A DNA stretch of 63,882 bases, filler included, from Octopus bimaculoides (GCF_001194135.2; 6 parts of 5 records of this genome joined end to end with filler, not necessarily neighbours in it); one strand, 5' to 3'; shown: positions 16,322 to 29,820, counted from the first letter of the whole stretch. Notes: generated by a model from the sequence alone, not told the origin. Made by a program: numbers and translations.

Positions 16322-16592
16322 CATTTCTTTTATTAGCCACACAGGGCTCAACGAAGATGGGACAAATACAATGTAGAGCTTTTCTTTTTGGGAGGGGGAA
16401 GGAAAAAAAATGGGGTGTGTCGATCAAAAGGGATCGTAGGAAGGGAAAAAGGGGGGAGTTCGATCAAAAGGGATCGAGAGAAAAAAAAAGCGATCAATAG
16501 GGATCGTGTATCACACAGTAATGTTCTCGTGTAAAAAGAGGGGAGGACAGTTTAGGTTTAGCCGTGGAAAGAAAAGCCTACGGAAAAGACCA
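16322..16592 (-). mobile_element. LINE-like 3' UTR fragment embedded in a (GATA)n tract
   Basis: Minus strand ends ...TTGTATTTGTCCCATCTTCGTTGAGCCCTGTGTGGCTAATAAAAGAAAT, similar to the 3' end of the Tx1-like element at ~60205-60260; (GATA)n on both flanks. Confidence 0.55.
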
Positions 16593-16914
16593 GATAGATA
16601 GATAGATAGATAGATAGATTGACAGACTGATTGATTGACTGAGATAGAGACGAACAGAGAGGGAAGGAAAGACAAAGCCATGCATATTGCATTATATTAC
16701 GTAAGATTCTATGAAAACGATCGGTCTGTTTAATTTATCCCTGTTATATTTTACAATTTTACAACATGCAATATCCCAAGCGATGTGTGAACCCCTCCAC
16801 TGATACCGTAGCCAACAACTAAAATATCAATAACAGCAAGAACAGTAAGAGAAACAGTAACAAGAACACAATAGGAACTCTCCAAACGTTTTTTAATGAA
16901 GACAACGGCCATAA

Positions 16915-18856
16915 TCAAACTACTATTATCATCGTCATCATCAGCATCACCATCATCATTATCATCATCCTCATCTCCACAACCATCAACATCGTCACCA
17001 TCGTCACCATCACCGCTACTACCACTACCACCACCACCACCACCACCACTACCACCATAATTATCATCTTCACCACCATCACCCTCATCATCATCGCCAT
17101 CACCACCATCAAGATCGTCACCACTACCACCACCACCACCATCATCGACACCGCCACCGCCACCACCACCAGCACCATCATCACTACCACCACCACCATC
17201 ATCATCGTCATCAGCATCATCATTATCATTACCACCACCATCATCATCGTCACCATCATCATCATCACCATCATCATCATCGTCATCATCACCATCGCCG
17301 TTGTCGTCGTCGTCGTCGTCTTCGTTGTCATCATCATCGCCACCATCATCATCATCATCGTCATCATCATCATCATCATCATCATCACCACCATCATCAT
17401 CATCATCATCACCACCATCATCATCATCGCCATCACCACCATCACCATCATCGCCGTCGTCATTGTCATCGTGTTCATGGTTACTGTGGTCATCAACATC
17501 TACAGCAGCAATACATTACTACAATCATCACCTCCATAACCCCACCCCATTATCGTCCTAGTTATAGTCGTTGTCGTCGTCCGCTTCCTCCTCCTCCTCG
17601 TCCCCTTCCTCCTCCTCCTCCTCCTCCTCATCTTCGTCATCACCATTATCATCATTGTTCTTATCCCTCTCCTACTCCCTTCCTGCTCCTTATCATCCTT
17701 TTCTTCATTATCTTTGTCCACGTCGTCGTAGTCAGCATCATCATCATCATCTTTCTCACGAATTTCATCAGCATCACTGTCATCACTGCCATTGCCGTTG
17801 TCGTCGTCATCGTCGTCTTCGTCGTCATTATCATCGTCATTATCATCATTGACAGCACCACTNNNNNNNNNNNNNNNNNNNNNNNNNNNNNNNNNNNNNN
17901 NNNNNNNNNNNNNNNNNNNNNNNNNNNNNNNNNNNNNNNNNNNNNNNNNNNNNNNNNNNNNNNNNNNNNNNNNNNNNNNNNNNNNNNNNNNNNNNNNNNN
18001 NNNNNNNNNNNNNNNNNNNNNNNNNNNNNNNNNNNNNNNNNNNNNNNNNNNNNNNNNNNNNNNNNNNNNNNNNNNNNNNNNNNNNNNNNNNNNNNNNNNN
18101 NNNNNNNNNNNNNNNNNNNNNNNNNNNNNNNNNNNNNNNNNNNNNNNNNNNNNNNNNNNNNNNNNNNNNNNNNNNNNNNNNNNNNNNNNNNNNNNNNNNN
18201 NNNNNNNNNNNNNNNNNNNNNNNNNNNNNNNNNNNNNNNNNNNNNNNNNNNNNNNNNNNNNNNNNNNNNNNNNNNNNNNNNNNNNNNNNNNNNNNNNNNN
18301 NNNNNNNNNNNNNNNNNNNNNNNNNNNNNNNNNNNNNNNNNNNNNNNNNNNNNNNNNNNNNNNNNNNNNNNNNNNNNNNNNNNNNNNNNNNNNNNNNNNN
18401 NNNNNNNNNNNNNNNNNNNNNNNNNNNNNNNNNNNNNNNNNNNNNNNNNNNNNNNNNNNNNNNNNNNNNNNNNNNNNNNNNNNNNNNNNNNNNNNNACTA
18501 CAACCACCACCACCATCAACACCTCGACCACGACCATGAGCACCACAACCACGACCACGACGATCACGACGACCACGACCACCACCACGACCACCACAAT
18601 CACCACCAAGACCACCAGCAGCACCACCACCACCAGCACATTCACCACTGCCACCGCTGTTATTATCTAACATGACAACGACAAAGCAAATGATATTACA
18701 GCTTAAAAAACAATTACAACCTCATCATCAATCACGGTCAACATCAATCCCACCACCGTCACACCCATCACCAGCATCATCATCAAAACCATCATCATCA
18801 TCAAAACCATCATCATCTTCGTCGTCGTCGTCGTCATCATCATCATCATCATCGTC

Positions 18857-18888
<32 letters not shown>

Positions 18889-19076
18889 CATCATCATTAT
18901 CACTACCACCACCACCAACACCACCACCACCTCCACAACCACCATCATTGTCGTCACGACCACCACCACCACCACCACCACCGCCGCCAACAACCTCATC
19001 ATCATCATCATCATCATTATTATCATCATCATCATTACCATCATCATCATCATCATAGTCGTCGTCACCATCATCA

Positions 19077-19080
<4 letters not shown>
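16915..19080. repeat. Long cryptic trinucleotide low-complexity tract (CAT/CAC/CGT), interrupted by a gap
   Basis: Direct reading; all frames give homopolymeric translations. Confidence 0.85.
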
Positions 19081-19124
<44 letters not shown>

Positions 19125-19907
19125 TATAATGGGGTTGCATACACACACACATAAATGTGTATATCCATAAATGCTTTGTACTTATTACATACGTTTGTAT
19201 ATCTGAGTATTTATTTATATACAATATGTATGCGCTTTGTTTTTTTGGTTGTTTATGTCTTTTTTTTTTTTGCTTTTATCGCTCCTGCGCCTAAACTTTC
19301 TAGAACGTGTCTACGTGTGTGTATTATTACGTTCGTAGGTTTACGTAATCGCATTTAAATAATTATTCATGTATGTCTATGTATGTATGTATGTATGTAT
19401 GTATGTATGTATGTATGTATACGTTACGCACGTACGCCCACCTATTCAATCACATACGTACACAGGTGTTTAGTTATAAATCTATATAAAAAACACATAC
19501 CCACACAGAGACACACACACTCACAACACAAAAATGTACACACACTCGCACATGCACATGGAGGAACAGAAACAGGCAGCAACACCATTATTGATTCTCC
19601 ATGCAATTAAATATGTAATTTTATTCGCAGTTTGAATTTACAGATGAAACAGCCCTGTTGGGCAGGTAGGATATGTCCACTCACATCTCCCCCCATCTCC
19701 CAGGTACCATTATAAGTGGCCAGTGTATTTCAAGGGAGGAAATAGCCTTCTGTAGACAAAGGATGCTTAACTCATGCGATTTAACGAATGTGTTTATGCA
19801 TGTACATTGGCGTATGTCAGTGTGTATGCGCGTATGTAGCTATATGTATATACATACATATACAGATACACACACACACACACATACACACACACACACA
19901 CACACAC

Positions 19908-19947
<40 letters not shown>

Positions 19948-20677
19948 NNNNNNNNNNNNNNNNNNNNNNNNNNNNNNNNNNNNNNNNNNNNNNNNNNNNN
20001 NNNNNNNNNNNNNNNNNNNNNNNNNNNNNNNNNNNNNNNNNNNNNNNNNNNNNNNNNNNNNNNNNNNNNNNNNNNNNNNNNNNNNNNNNNNNNNNNNNNN
20101 NNNNNNNNNNNNNNNNNNNNNNNNNNNNNNNNNNNNNNNNNNNNNNNNNNNNNNNNNNNNNNNNNNNNNNNNNNNNNNNNNNNNNNNNNNNNNNNNNNNN
20201 NNNNNNNNNNNNNNNNNNNNNNNNNNNNNNNNNNNNNNNNNNNNNNNNNNNNNNNNNNNNNNNNNNNNNNNNNNNNNNNNNNNNNNNNNNNNNNNNNNNN
20301 NNNNNNNNNNNNNNNNNNNNNNNNNNNNNNNNNNNNNNNNNNNNNNNNNNNNNNNNNNNNNNNNNNNNNNNNNNNNNNNNNNNNNNNNNNNNNNNNNNNN
20401 NNNNNNNNNNNNNNNNNNNNNNNNNNNNNNNNNNNNNNNNNNNNNNNNNNNNNNNNNNNNNNNNNNNNNNNNNNNNNNNNNNNNNNNNNNNNNNNNNNNN
20501 NNNNNNNNNNNNNNNNNNNNNNNNNNNNNNNNNNNNNNNNNNNNNNNNNNNNNNNNNNNNNNNNNNNNNNNNNNNNNNNNNNNNNNNNNNNNNNNNNNNN
20601 NNNNNNNNNNNNNNNNNNNNNNNNNNNNNNNNNNNNNNNNNNNNNNNNNNNNNNNNNNNNNNNNNNNNNNNNNNNNN

Positions 20678-21226
20678 TGTGGTGGTGCAGGTTGTAGTGG
20701 CAGTGGAGGTCGTCATTGCCATGCTGAAGATGATGTGTGTAGTGGTGGTGATGAGAGACAATTGACGGCGGCTTGTGTTGTTGCGGATGGTTGGTCGTGA
20801 TTGCTAGTTTGGAAAAGCAGAGTAAGATGTTGGTAGGCAGATAAAGAGAGATGTGGTGATACATATTTAGTAACAGTTATGTTATTGGTAGAGGTAGTGG
20901 TTAGAGTCTCGATCAGCCTGGTATCTGTTACTGTAGTGGTTGGGGTTTTTGTAGCATTGGCAGTGATTCTATAGTGGTGATGGTGATGATGATGATGATG
21001 ATGATAGTGGTGATGATGGTTGTCATGGTGGTGGTAGTGGTAGGTCTTGTGGTGGTGGTGGTGGTGATGGTGTTGACGGATATGGTGTTGGTTTTCGCAG
21101 TGTTGATTGGTGCGTTCGTAGGTTGTGATTATAATTGAGGAGGCGTGGGTGGTGGTTGCGGTAGTTGAAGACCAATGTAACTGCTGATGGTTGTCGTGAT
21201 TATGTTGTAAGTTGAGCATATGGTAG

Positions 21227-21301
<75 letters not shown>

Positions 21302-21480
21302 CAGCAGCAGCAGCGATGATGACAATAACTGATAGTCGTAGTGATGACGACCATCATCACAGTCATGATCAAGATCATACTATTAATTAGTCGTTGTTGT
21401 TGTTGTTGTTGTTGTTAGTGGTGGTGCTGACGGTGGTTCTGCTGCTGCTGTGGTGGTGACCGGTTAGAAACCATGTTAAT
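20678..21480. repeat. Cryptic trinucleotide tract (GGT/GAT/GTA/GCA)
   Basis: Direct reading. Confidence 0.85.
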
Positions 21481-21952
21481 AGCTATGAAACTTGGGGTGA
21501 TGATTGTGATGCAGCTGGTTATAAACGGTTATCTTTCTTCTACTGCTAATGTTGCTGGTGTTCTTTATAAGCTCTATCAGCCCTGATTGTACAGAAGTTT
21601 AAAACAAAGAAGCGGCAGTCGTAACCATCCCACCTCATTCGCTTGATAATGTGAATCCAAAACTACATTATTTAACGAATCCTTCTTTTTAATAGGAGCG
21701 ATTCTAGAGATGTTTAGTATTTCTAGAAAGTGTAGTGACCAACTAAAAATGCTCGTTAATTGTTGAATGTTTTTGTAGTGAAGTGAAGAAGAAAACTCAT
21801 GCACAAATCAACTTATAAGTATTCAAGTCACTCGATCACTAGGATTATAAGCTTATTGTTTCACCGTATAAGTTTCTGAGTATTGCACAAATACTTGTTG
21901 CTTCGGTTAGAAGTAGCGTGACACACTATGACAGTAATAGACACGAATGAAA

Positions 21953-22600
21953 GCGGCGAGCTGGCAGAAACGTTTGCACTCCGGGCGAAATGCTCAGTGG
22001 TATTTTGTCTGCCGTTACTTTTCTGAGTTCAAATTCCGCCAAGGTCGACTTTGCCTTTCATCCTTTCGAGATCGATAAATTAAGTACCAGTTACGCACTG
22101 GGATCGATGTAATCGACTTAATCCTTTTGTCTGCCCTTGTTCGTCCCCTCTATGTTTAGCCCCTTGTGGGCAATAAAGAAATAAGAAACTTTAGCACGCT
22201 GGGTGAAATGCCTAGTGGTATTTCGATGCCGTTACGTTCTGCGTTCAAATCCGCCGAGGTCGACTTTGCCTTTCATTTTTTCGGGTTCGATAAAGTAAGT
22301 ACCAATTACGCACTGGGATCGATGTAATCGACTTAATCCCTTTGTCTGTGCTTCTTTGTCCCCTCTATGTTTAGTCCCTTGTGGGCAATAAAGAAATAAG
22401 AAACTTTAGCACCCCGGGCGAAATGCTTAACGGTATTTCGGATGTCTTTACGTTTTGAGTTCAAATTCCGCCGAGGTCGAGTTTGTCTTTCAGCCTTTCG
22501 GGGTCGATAAATTAGCTACCAGTTGCGTACTGGGATCAATCTAATTGACTGACCCTCTCCCCCAAAATTTCGCGCCTTGTGCCTAGAGTAGAAAAGAATA
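21953..22600 (+). mobile_element. Head-to-tail trimer of tRNA-derived SINEs with a Deu/Nin-like core
   Basis: Three units (21953-22188, 22189-22403, 22404-22600). Each has GGTCGACTTTGCCTTTCATCCTTTCGGGGTCGATAAATTAAGTACCAG or a close variant, resembling the conserved Deu/Nin SINE domain as I recall it. B-box-like GAGTTCAAATTCC in units 1 and 3, with a variant in unit 2. Confidence 0.75.
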
Positions 22601-23474
22601 AGCGATACAAATTAACAATGAAGCTGCACGAAAGTTTCTCGTAGTTTCATTCTTAAATGGGATATCCTTTAGCCATAANNNNNNNNNNNNNNNNNNNNNN
22701 NNNNNNNNNNNNNNNNNNNNNNNNNNNNNNNNNNNNNNNNNNNNNNNNNNNNNNNNNNNNNNNNNNNNNNNNNNNNNNTTTCGGGGTCGATAAATTAGCT
22801 ACCAGTTGCGTACTGGGATCAATCTAATCGACTGACACTCTCCCCCAAAATTTCACGACTTGTGCCTAGAGTAGAAAAGAATAAGCGATACAAATTAACA
22901 ATGAAGTTGCTCGAAAGTTTCTCGTAGTTTCATTCTTAAATGGGATATCATTTAGCCATAAGAGCAACCATTGGACTAATCAAATACGAGAGATGCAGTC
23001 CTGGAAAACATATAATATTCCATCACGTTTAATGAAATACACATCTTCAACCCCATATATTAGGCTTATTTTTCCCACTCCATTATTATTTTCAGTTTCT
23101 CCAGCTTTGTTGATCTGATTTTTGCCCAAGTTAACAACTACTGCTACTACCATCAACACCACCAGTAACATTACCGCCACCGTCAACACCACCACGACCA
23201 TTTACAACACCAGCACCAGTTCCAACACACCAACAACAATAACACTTCTATCACAACAAATACCAACTCCAGCATTAAAAACACCATTGTCACTATCATC
23301 ACTACCACCACCACCACCACCTTCGCCATTAGCCTGACCTTGTTTAAGATTTTCGATTAATATTTAATTACAACGTGTTGTCGATTTCCTAGAGACTGCA
23401 AGATATGTATTTTATAGGTAACTTAGCGTGAGTTAGAATGACTGAAATGCATTTAAATATTAGAGAGAATATTA

Positions 23475-23574
23475 NNNNNNNNNNNNNNNNNNNNNNNNNN
23501 NNNNNNNNNNNNNNNNNNTTAATTAATTAANNNNNNNNNNNNNNNNNNNNNNNNNNNNNNNNNNNNNNNNNNNN
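23475..23574. other. Artificial scaffold-joining spacer (44 N + TTAATTAATTAA + 44 N)
   Basis: Identical 100-bp construct also at 29886-29985, 39575-39674, 59807-59906 and 62629-62728; TTAATTAATTAA gives stops in all six frames. Confidence 0.9.
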
Positions 23575-23877
23575 GTATGTATTTTTATTTATGGGTTTCA
23601 GCCAAGTGGCTGTGGTCATGCTGGAGCACCACCGTGTATGTATGTATGTTATCAATCAGTTTCATTTCTGTATTTCTTGTCCATAGAGAAAGAGCCGGAC
23701 TCTAACATAGATTCAAGGCTCCTTCATTGGAACTTTTATCAACATCATCTAGGTATTTGTGCATATGTGTGTATGTATGTATGTATGTATGTATGTTTGT
23801 ATGTATGTTTGTATGTATGTGTATGTATGTATGTATGTATGTTTGTATGCATGTGTATGTATGTATGTATGTATGTG

Positions 23878-24150
23878 TTGAGGGGGCATAGCCTAGTTGT
23901 TAACATGTTACACTGACGATCGCGAGATCCTGGTCTCCATTCCTGAACCAACCAGTGCATTATGTTCTTGAGCAAAACACTTCATTTCACGTTGCTCTCC
24001 GATCACTTCGACCCATGACGAGTGATGTGATACACCGTACACTTGTTCAGGCAACGTTGACTTGATGGAAGGAGTGAGCTAATGTACAGCACATAAGTTT
24101 GATCGTTATAAACAAATTATTTGTGCAGTTTGTTCAACAAGAAATTGCAG
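23878..24150 (+). mobile_element. Degenerate tRNA-derived SINE
   Basis: GGGGCATAGCCTAGTTGTTAA A-box-like head, then TTCTTGAGCAAAACACTTCATTTCACGTTGCTC core-like segment. Confidence 0.5.
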
Positions 24151-24939
24151 AATCATCTTTCTCGAACTACGAAAGACTATCATCATCATCCTCATCACCA
24201 TCATGTATGTATGTCTCTTTTATTTTTTGATTATTACAAACCTTCCATTGAGTAGGGAGCCAGTTTCCAACAAAGATACAAAGCTCCATCTTTGGGATGG
24301 AGTTAACACAGACGAATTCACATTTGGAACTTGAGAAAAGTCTTGCATATTTTTACTGTTCCACTCGTAGATTACACTTGTAATGTACGAATTAGCTGGT
24401 CGCTTTCTCTTTCTGAAAACCCCAGTTTATCCAGGTTCTCCTTTAAGCATTTACTAACAAAACTTAGTGTCCCAATTATTATTCGTATGAATATGAATTC
24501 ATAGTCTAGCTATGGAAGATGGAGGTTTCGAAGCAGTTGTCCATAGATATCCTCTTTTTCCTTGATTTTCAAAGAGATATTTATATCTGCAGGGCAGCTG
24601 ACTTCTGTGATGGTACATATCTTTGTCCCTCTGTTCCAAACAATAATATCTGGCCTTTGAAGGGGACATGTATGTATGAATGTATGTATGTATGTGTGTA
24701 TGTGTGTATGTATGTATGTATGTATGTGGAGGCGCAATGGCCCAGTGGTTAGGGCAGCGGACTCGCGGTCATAGAATCGCGGTTTCGATTCCCAGACCGG
24801 GCGTTGTGAGTGTTTATTGAGCGAAAACACTTAAAGCTCCACGAGGATCCGGCAGGGGATGGTGGCGAACCCTGGTGTACTCTTCCACCACAACTTTCTC
24901 TTACTTCCTGTTTCTGTTGTNNNNNNNNNNTATGTATGT

Positions 24940-25320
24940 GGAGGCGCAATGGCCCAGTGGTTAGGGCAGCGGACTCGCGGTCATAGAATCGCGGTTTCGA
25001 TTCCCAGACCGGGCGTTGTGAGTGTTTATTGAGCGAAAACACTTAAAGCTCCACGAGGATCCGGCAGGGGATGGTGGCGAACCCTGGTGTACTCTTCCAC
25101 CACAACTTTCTCTTACTTCCTGTTTCTGTTGTGCCTGTAATTCAAAGGGTCAGCCTTGTCACACTGTGTCGCGCTGAATATCCCCGAGAACTACGATAAG
25201 GGTACACGTGTCTGTGGCGTGCTCAGCCAATTGCACGTTAATTTCACGAGCAGGCTGTTCCGTTGATCGGATCAACTGGAACCCTCGACGTCGTAAGCGA
25301 CGGAGTACCAACAACAACAA
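24940..25320 (+). mobile_element. Full-length tRNA-derived SINE with (CAA)n tail
   Basis: A box TGGCCCAGTGG, B box GGTTTCGATTCC; near-identical to 47634-48020. Confidence 0.85.
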
Positions 25321-25599
25321 TGTTTGTATGTATGTATATATGTATGTATGTAAGTATGCATGTATGTATGTATGTATGTATGTATGTTTATGCACGTGAC
25401 AATTTTATCTAGTGTGTGTATTCAAGAACCAAGGCAATGTGATTTGAAGGAGATCTAGCTATTAATTTATTCCATCAAGCAACTGCTTAGAGGCTCCCAC
25501 TTCGACTCAATGGAGGTGTATCTGTGTATGCACGCCTTTGCGCTTGTGTTTGCACGTGAGTTTGTGTGAACGTGTGTGTTGTGTGAGTATGCGGTGTGT

Positions 25600-25722
<123 letters not shown>

Positions 25723-26989
25723 GTGTTCGTGTATAATTTCACCGAAATAGAATAATAAATCACGTGTTATGGAACAATAGAAGACAATTGCCATAAATGA
25801 GACTTATTTTAAATGTTTCATGTTTAAAAGCTGAATTTTTCAATCGGATACCAATTAATTAGTTCTAGCGCTCAGCTATTCGTTCTTTACAATCAAGACT
25901 TAAATATATTTAGCCTTCATAGACCGCTCTTACATTCTGTGTGTGTATATGTTATTGTGTGGTGTGTGATGTGCATGTACAAGTGTGTGTGTGCGCGCGA
26001 GCGTGTGAGTGTGTGTGTGAGTGTTAATGCAAATTGAGAATATCTACGGTGGCAGTCTTCTGTGTGACTGTGTGAATTTTTTTGTTTGTTTGCTTTTTGT
26101 TTAAACTGAATATAGAAATATTACCAAAATAAATTATCTTTCTTTTCATTGTATGTTAATTAGTTTATTTATTTATTGTTACTAAAATATAATTCAAGGC
26201 CATTATATTAACCTCTAAATAACTGGGTCGTATTTCTCCGATGAAATAAATATTTAGAAAATAATCGTTCCAATTCCTGTGTCCTTTGTTATAGAAAAAT
26301 TAACAATAGTTTTCTTCAAATAATTCCAATATTTCTGCGAGATTTTTTTCCTTATTATTTGCGAAGTTTAAATATCCTATTTCCACATACTTTCCTTCCT
26401 TCAGTCTTTCTTCTTACTGTTAGACTTTTTGTTTTGTTTTTGTTTTTTGTTTTTTTCTTTTACTAGTTTCTTTCTATTTCAATTTGCTTGGTTTTTCATT
26501 TTGTTCTATTATCATTTTTACAAAATTTCTTCTCTCTTTATCAATTGATTAAAAGAAAGGGAATTTATTTTAAAAATAAGTTCGATTTACTTATTGTCCT
26601 TAGCTTCTACTGAGATTGTATCTAATGTTTGCTCATAACTGTGTATGTGTGTGTGTGCGTGCGTTCGTGTATATGTGTGTGTACATATATATAGAGAGAG
26701 AGAGGGGAGGGTGAGGAGAAAGGAAGAAGGGGTGTCCTTTATATTTGGAAGTAGAGCAGAGATCCCTAATCTTTTTTGCAACAAGAACCGATTTCGGACA
26801 CAACAGTTTTCCCAAAGCCGGAGGATCAAGCAGATAACAAAAAATGAAGAGCATAATGTGTAATCTAATTAGTACACACATATATTACATATATAATACA
26901 TACTTAATGCAAAAACACCCAACAGACTGCGATAATCAATAAAATAGAGATAAAATAGAAATAAAATTTTACAGTTTATTCTTTCTATG

Positions 26990-27053
26990 CAGCCTGGTAT
27001 CAAATGATCTGTGGTCTAGTACTGGCCCGCGGCCCGACGGCTGGGCACCCCTG
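26990..27053 (+). mobile_element. Probable hAT-type MITE 3' terminus
   Basis: GGCCCGCGGCCCGACGGCTGGGCACCCCTG resembles typical hAT/Charlie MITE ends; matching left end not found. Confidence 0.4.
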
Positions 27054-27110
27054 GTGTACAGGATATGATTTGAGTTGATTCTTTTTCTCACGTCAGAGTG
27101 ATTTGATGTG

Positions 27111-27143
<33 letters not shown>

Positions 27144-27239
27144 TTTAGCCTGGTGATATTGACATTTGTTTCTGTAGCTATTAGTTTTGTGACGGCCAGG
27201 TTCATCCTATTTATTATTGATGTTGTTTTTGTATCAATT

Positions 27240-27723
27240 TTAATTTTTGTTGTCTTTCGTTGTTTACTTCGTTTTTGTCGGAAATGTTACGTCTGTCTTC
27301 GTGTTTTACAGTCCCAGTGCTTATGATATTATTTGACATTGCTGTGTGGTTGCTATCTACATTTTCCTGATGTATTTTTCCTTTTAAGTGTTCCATTTCT
27401 ATTTGTGACATTTTTGTTTTTTGAGAATATGTCTTCGTATGTTAACTAGTTTATTAGGGTTCATTGCTGTATCTTATCTAGTCTTTATCTAGGTTATTTT
27501 TCTTCCAGATTTTATATGTATATGTTGTGGTGTTTTCGTTCTTTGGGTAGAACACCGTTGTAAAATAAGCGCGTATGATTGAAATATATTCCTCATGTGT
27601 CCATTCATGCTTCTTTGATTGTATTTGCGGGATATGACGAATAACGTTCGGCCCTTTATTTTGACGTTCATCATTTTCGTAGGGTACCGGTCTGTTCATT
27701 TCTGATGTTAAATGGTTTTGCAC
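27240..27723 (-). mobile_element. Non-LTR retrotransposon N-terminal remnant, R4/Dong-like
   Basis: KKHEWTHEEYISIIRAYF...YKIWKK, then after a stop and frameshift AMNPNKLVNIRRHILKKQKMSQIEMEHLKGKI; resembles the W-T-x-E-E ... RR-x-I N-terminal region of R4/Dong ORFs as I recall it. Confidence 0.45.
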
Positions 27724-28005
27724 GTGTAGTTTTTCGTACTTTTGTGTAACAAGTTTAAAGTGCGTACTTCCCGATTGTTATTCTTGGGTTGAACAATACC
27801 GGTAGTGGTGGTGGCGGTGGTGGTTGTAGTAGTAGTAGTAGTAGTAGTAGTACGTTTCCTTGTTTATGCTAGTTATAGTGCTAGGGTTACGGGTGTGGTA
27901 CATGCTATCATGGTCGGAGTTAGAGTTGTCGCTGCAGTGACCTATATTATGTTTATATATATTTTGACTGCTCTGCCTTTAGGCGTTATTTACGTAGTAG
28001 GAATT

Positions 28006-28191
28006 AAGTTTACGCTTATTAGATGAGGTGAAAATGGATTCCATATTGGGTGGAGAGGAGTAGGATAATTTCAGAATAGATCTGTTGAAGATTGCATGGT
28101 ATTTATGGTGACGTGGGAAGTTAGATTCTAATATTGTAATAAAGGTTTTGGCTAAGCCCTTAACGTTTAAAGCGAATTGGGGTGTAAACCA
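28006..28191 (-). mobile_element. Penelope-like element fragment (RT to GIY-YIG linker)
   Basis: My translation WFTPQFALNVKGLAKTFITILESNFPRHHKYHAIFNRSILKLSYSSPPNMESIFTSSNKRKL matches the Penelope pattern WFNPP...FP..H....IFNR...K.SYS..PN. Confidence 0.7.
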
Positions 28192-29208
28192 AAGAATCGA
28201 TTATCCCCCACTTTTATTAGGTAATATAGGGAAAGTATATCTATCTCTCTGTATCTCTCTGTCTATATCTTATCTATCTATATCTATCTTATTTGTCTAA
28301 NNNNNNNNNNNNNNNNNNNNNNNNNNNNNNNNNNNNNNNNNNNNNNNNNNNNNNNNNNNNNNNNNNNNNNNNNNNNNNNNNNNNNNNNNNNNNNNNNNNN
28401 NNNNNNNNNNNNNNNNNNNNNNNNNNNNNNNNNNNNNNNNNNNNNNNNNNNNNNNNNNNNNNNNNNNNNNNNNNNNNNNNNNNNNNNNNNNNNNNNNNNN
28501 NNNNNNNNNNNNNNNNNNNNNNNNNNNNNNNNNNNNNNNNNNNNNNNNNNNNNNNNNNNNNNNNNNNNNNNNNNNNNNNNNNNNNNNNNNNNNNNNNNNN
28601 NNNNNNNNNNNNNNNNNNNNNNNNNNNNNNNNNNNNNNNNNNNNNNNNNNNNNNNNNNNNNNNNNNNNNNNNNNNNNNNNNNNNNNNNNNNNNNNNNNNN
28701 NNNNNNNNNNNNNNNNNNNNNNNNNNNNNNNNNNNNNNNNNNNNNNNNNNNNNNNNNNNNNNNNNNNNNNNNNNNNNNNNNNNNNNNNNNNNNNNNNNNN
28801 NNNNNNNNNNNNNNNNNNNNNNNNNNNNNNTTTTGCAACTTTTTGTATTTTTTCTTTTTTGTTGTTAACAGAATTACTGATAAAAGTAAGTTCATAATTT
28901 ACAGACAGAAGTAACTTCAAAAATTTCACTTAAATCCGTACACTTAGTTAATTTCCCTAAAAATTTCTTATTTACTTTTGCAACGGTTTTGTGTTTTTCT
29001 GTTGTTAAAAGCTTTTTTCTGGTTTCTTCGATACTGGCTCTTTGGTTCACTGACAAATTTTGTTTCAACCCGTGCAATTCTTTATTTTCCGTAAAAATTT
29101 CTTATTTATGTTCTGCCCGTTGTATTAAGAAATATAATTTCCGTTACCCAGTTATTTTCATTGTTTACTATCTTCTGCACCCGTTTGTTTCTATATAGGT
29201 ATATAACC

Positions 29209-29820
29209 ATGCCTAGAAGGAAAGTGTCAAATTTGTCTGCAATGTTAAGGTCAGCCAAAAGAATCTCTCTGTCCAGAGAAAGAAGGACAGCTGCAGAAAG
29301 GGAAGCATACCAAGAAACGGACTGTGCACTACAAAAGCCAGAGCATCTCAAAGTGATAAACAGAGGTATGCACGGCTGACAAGGAATAGGATCTCCACTC
29401 AGCAGTTGCAACAGCTCAGAGAAGCAACTTCTTTGAAGCAACTTTCAATTATGATCCAGCAGTTCATTATGCAGATGACACTAGAATTTCCATTGGTGCA
29501 ATGACAACTAAGTTCATACACTGTAAAGCAAGGAAGTGGCTTGGAGAGACACCTGCACTGTACTGCAGTGATGGAGAGGTTAAACTCCCTGCAACCCCCG
29601 ACCTCCAGGGCCATTGAAGAAAATGTTGTCATCAACTGACCAAGATTCCAAGCACTTCCAAAACAAAATTAGGCAATACAATGCTGCACTACAGATGACA
29701 TCATTTGGAGCCACAAGAGATTTAACTGAGTCAGGATTCATGTACACTTTCAAGATCCAAGGTCAGATTTATCATCGGATTGGCTCTCTACTACCTCTAT
29801 CAAATGAATCACCAAAATCG
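29209..29820 (+). mobile_element. Helitron RepHel N-terminal coding remnant
   Basis: MPRRKVSNLS..., ATFNYDPAVHY...ISIGAM...HCKARKWLGETPALYCSDGEVKLP, then after a frameshift IRQYNAALQMTSFGA...FKIQGQIYHRIGSLLP; these are hallmark Helitron motifs. Confidence 0.85.

Noticed and set aside
16915-19224. Long Asp-, His-, Thr- or Ser-rich ORFs resembling acidic biomineral proteins
   Set aside because: Every frame on both strands is homopolymeric; no signal peptide or splice structure; typical cryptic trinucleotide DNA
20713-21378. 221-aa His/Tyr/Cys-rich ORF
   Set aside because: Translation of (GTA)n/(GCA)n/(GGT)n repeats
22490-22960. ~185-bp direct repeat around a 100-N gap
   Set aside because: Near-identical with a few substitutions on either side of a gap; most likely two haplotypes left unmerged
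24728-24930. Apparent tandem duplicate of the SINE 5' half
   Set aside because: Identical to the sequence after a 10-N gap; likely an unmerged contig overlap
24940-25010. tRNA gene
   Set aside because: A/B boxes are present, but the sequence continues into a ~380-bp dispersed repeat, with a TSD in the other copy; it is a SINE head
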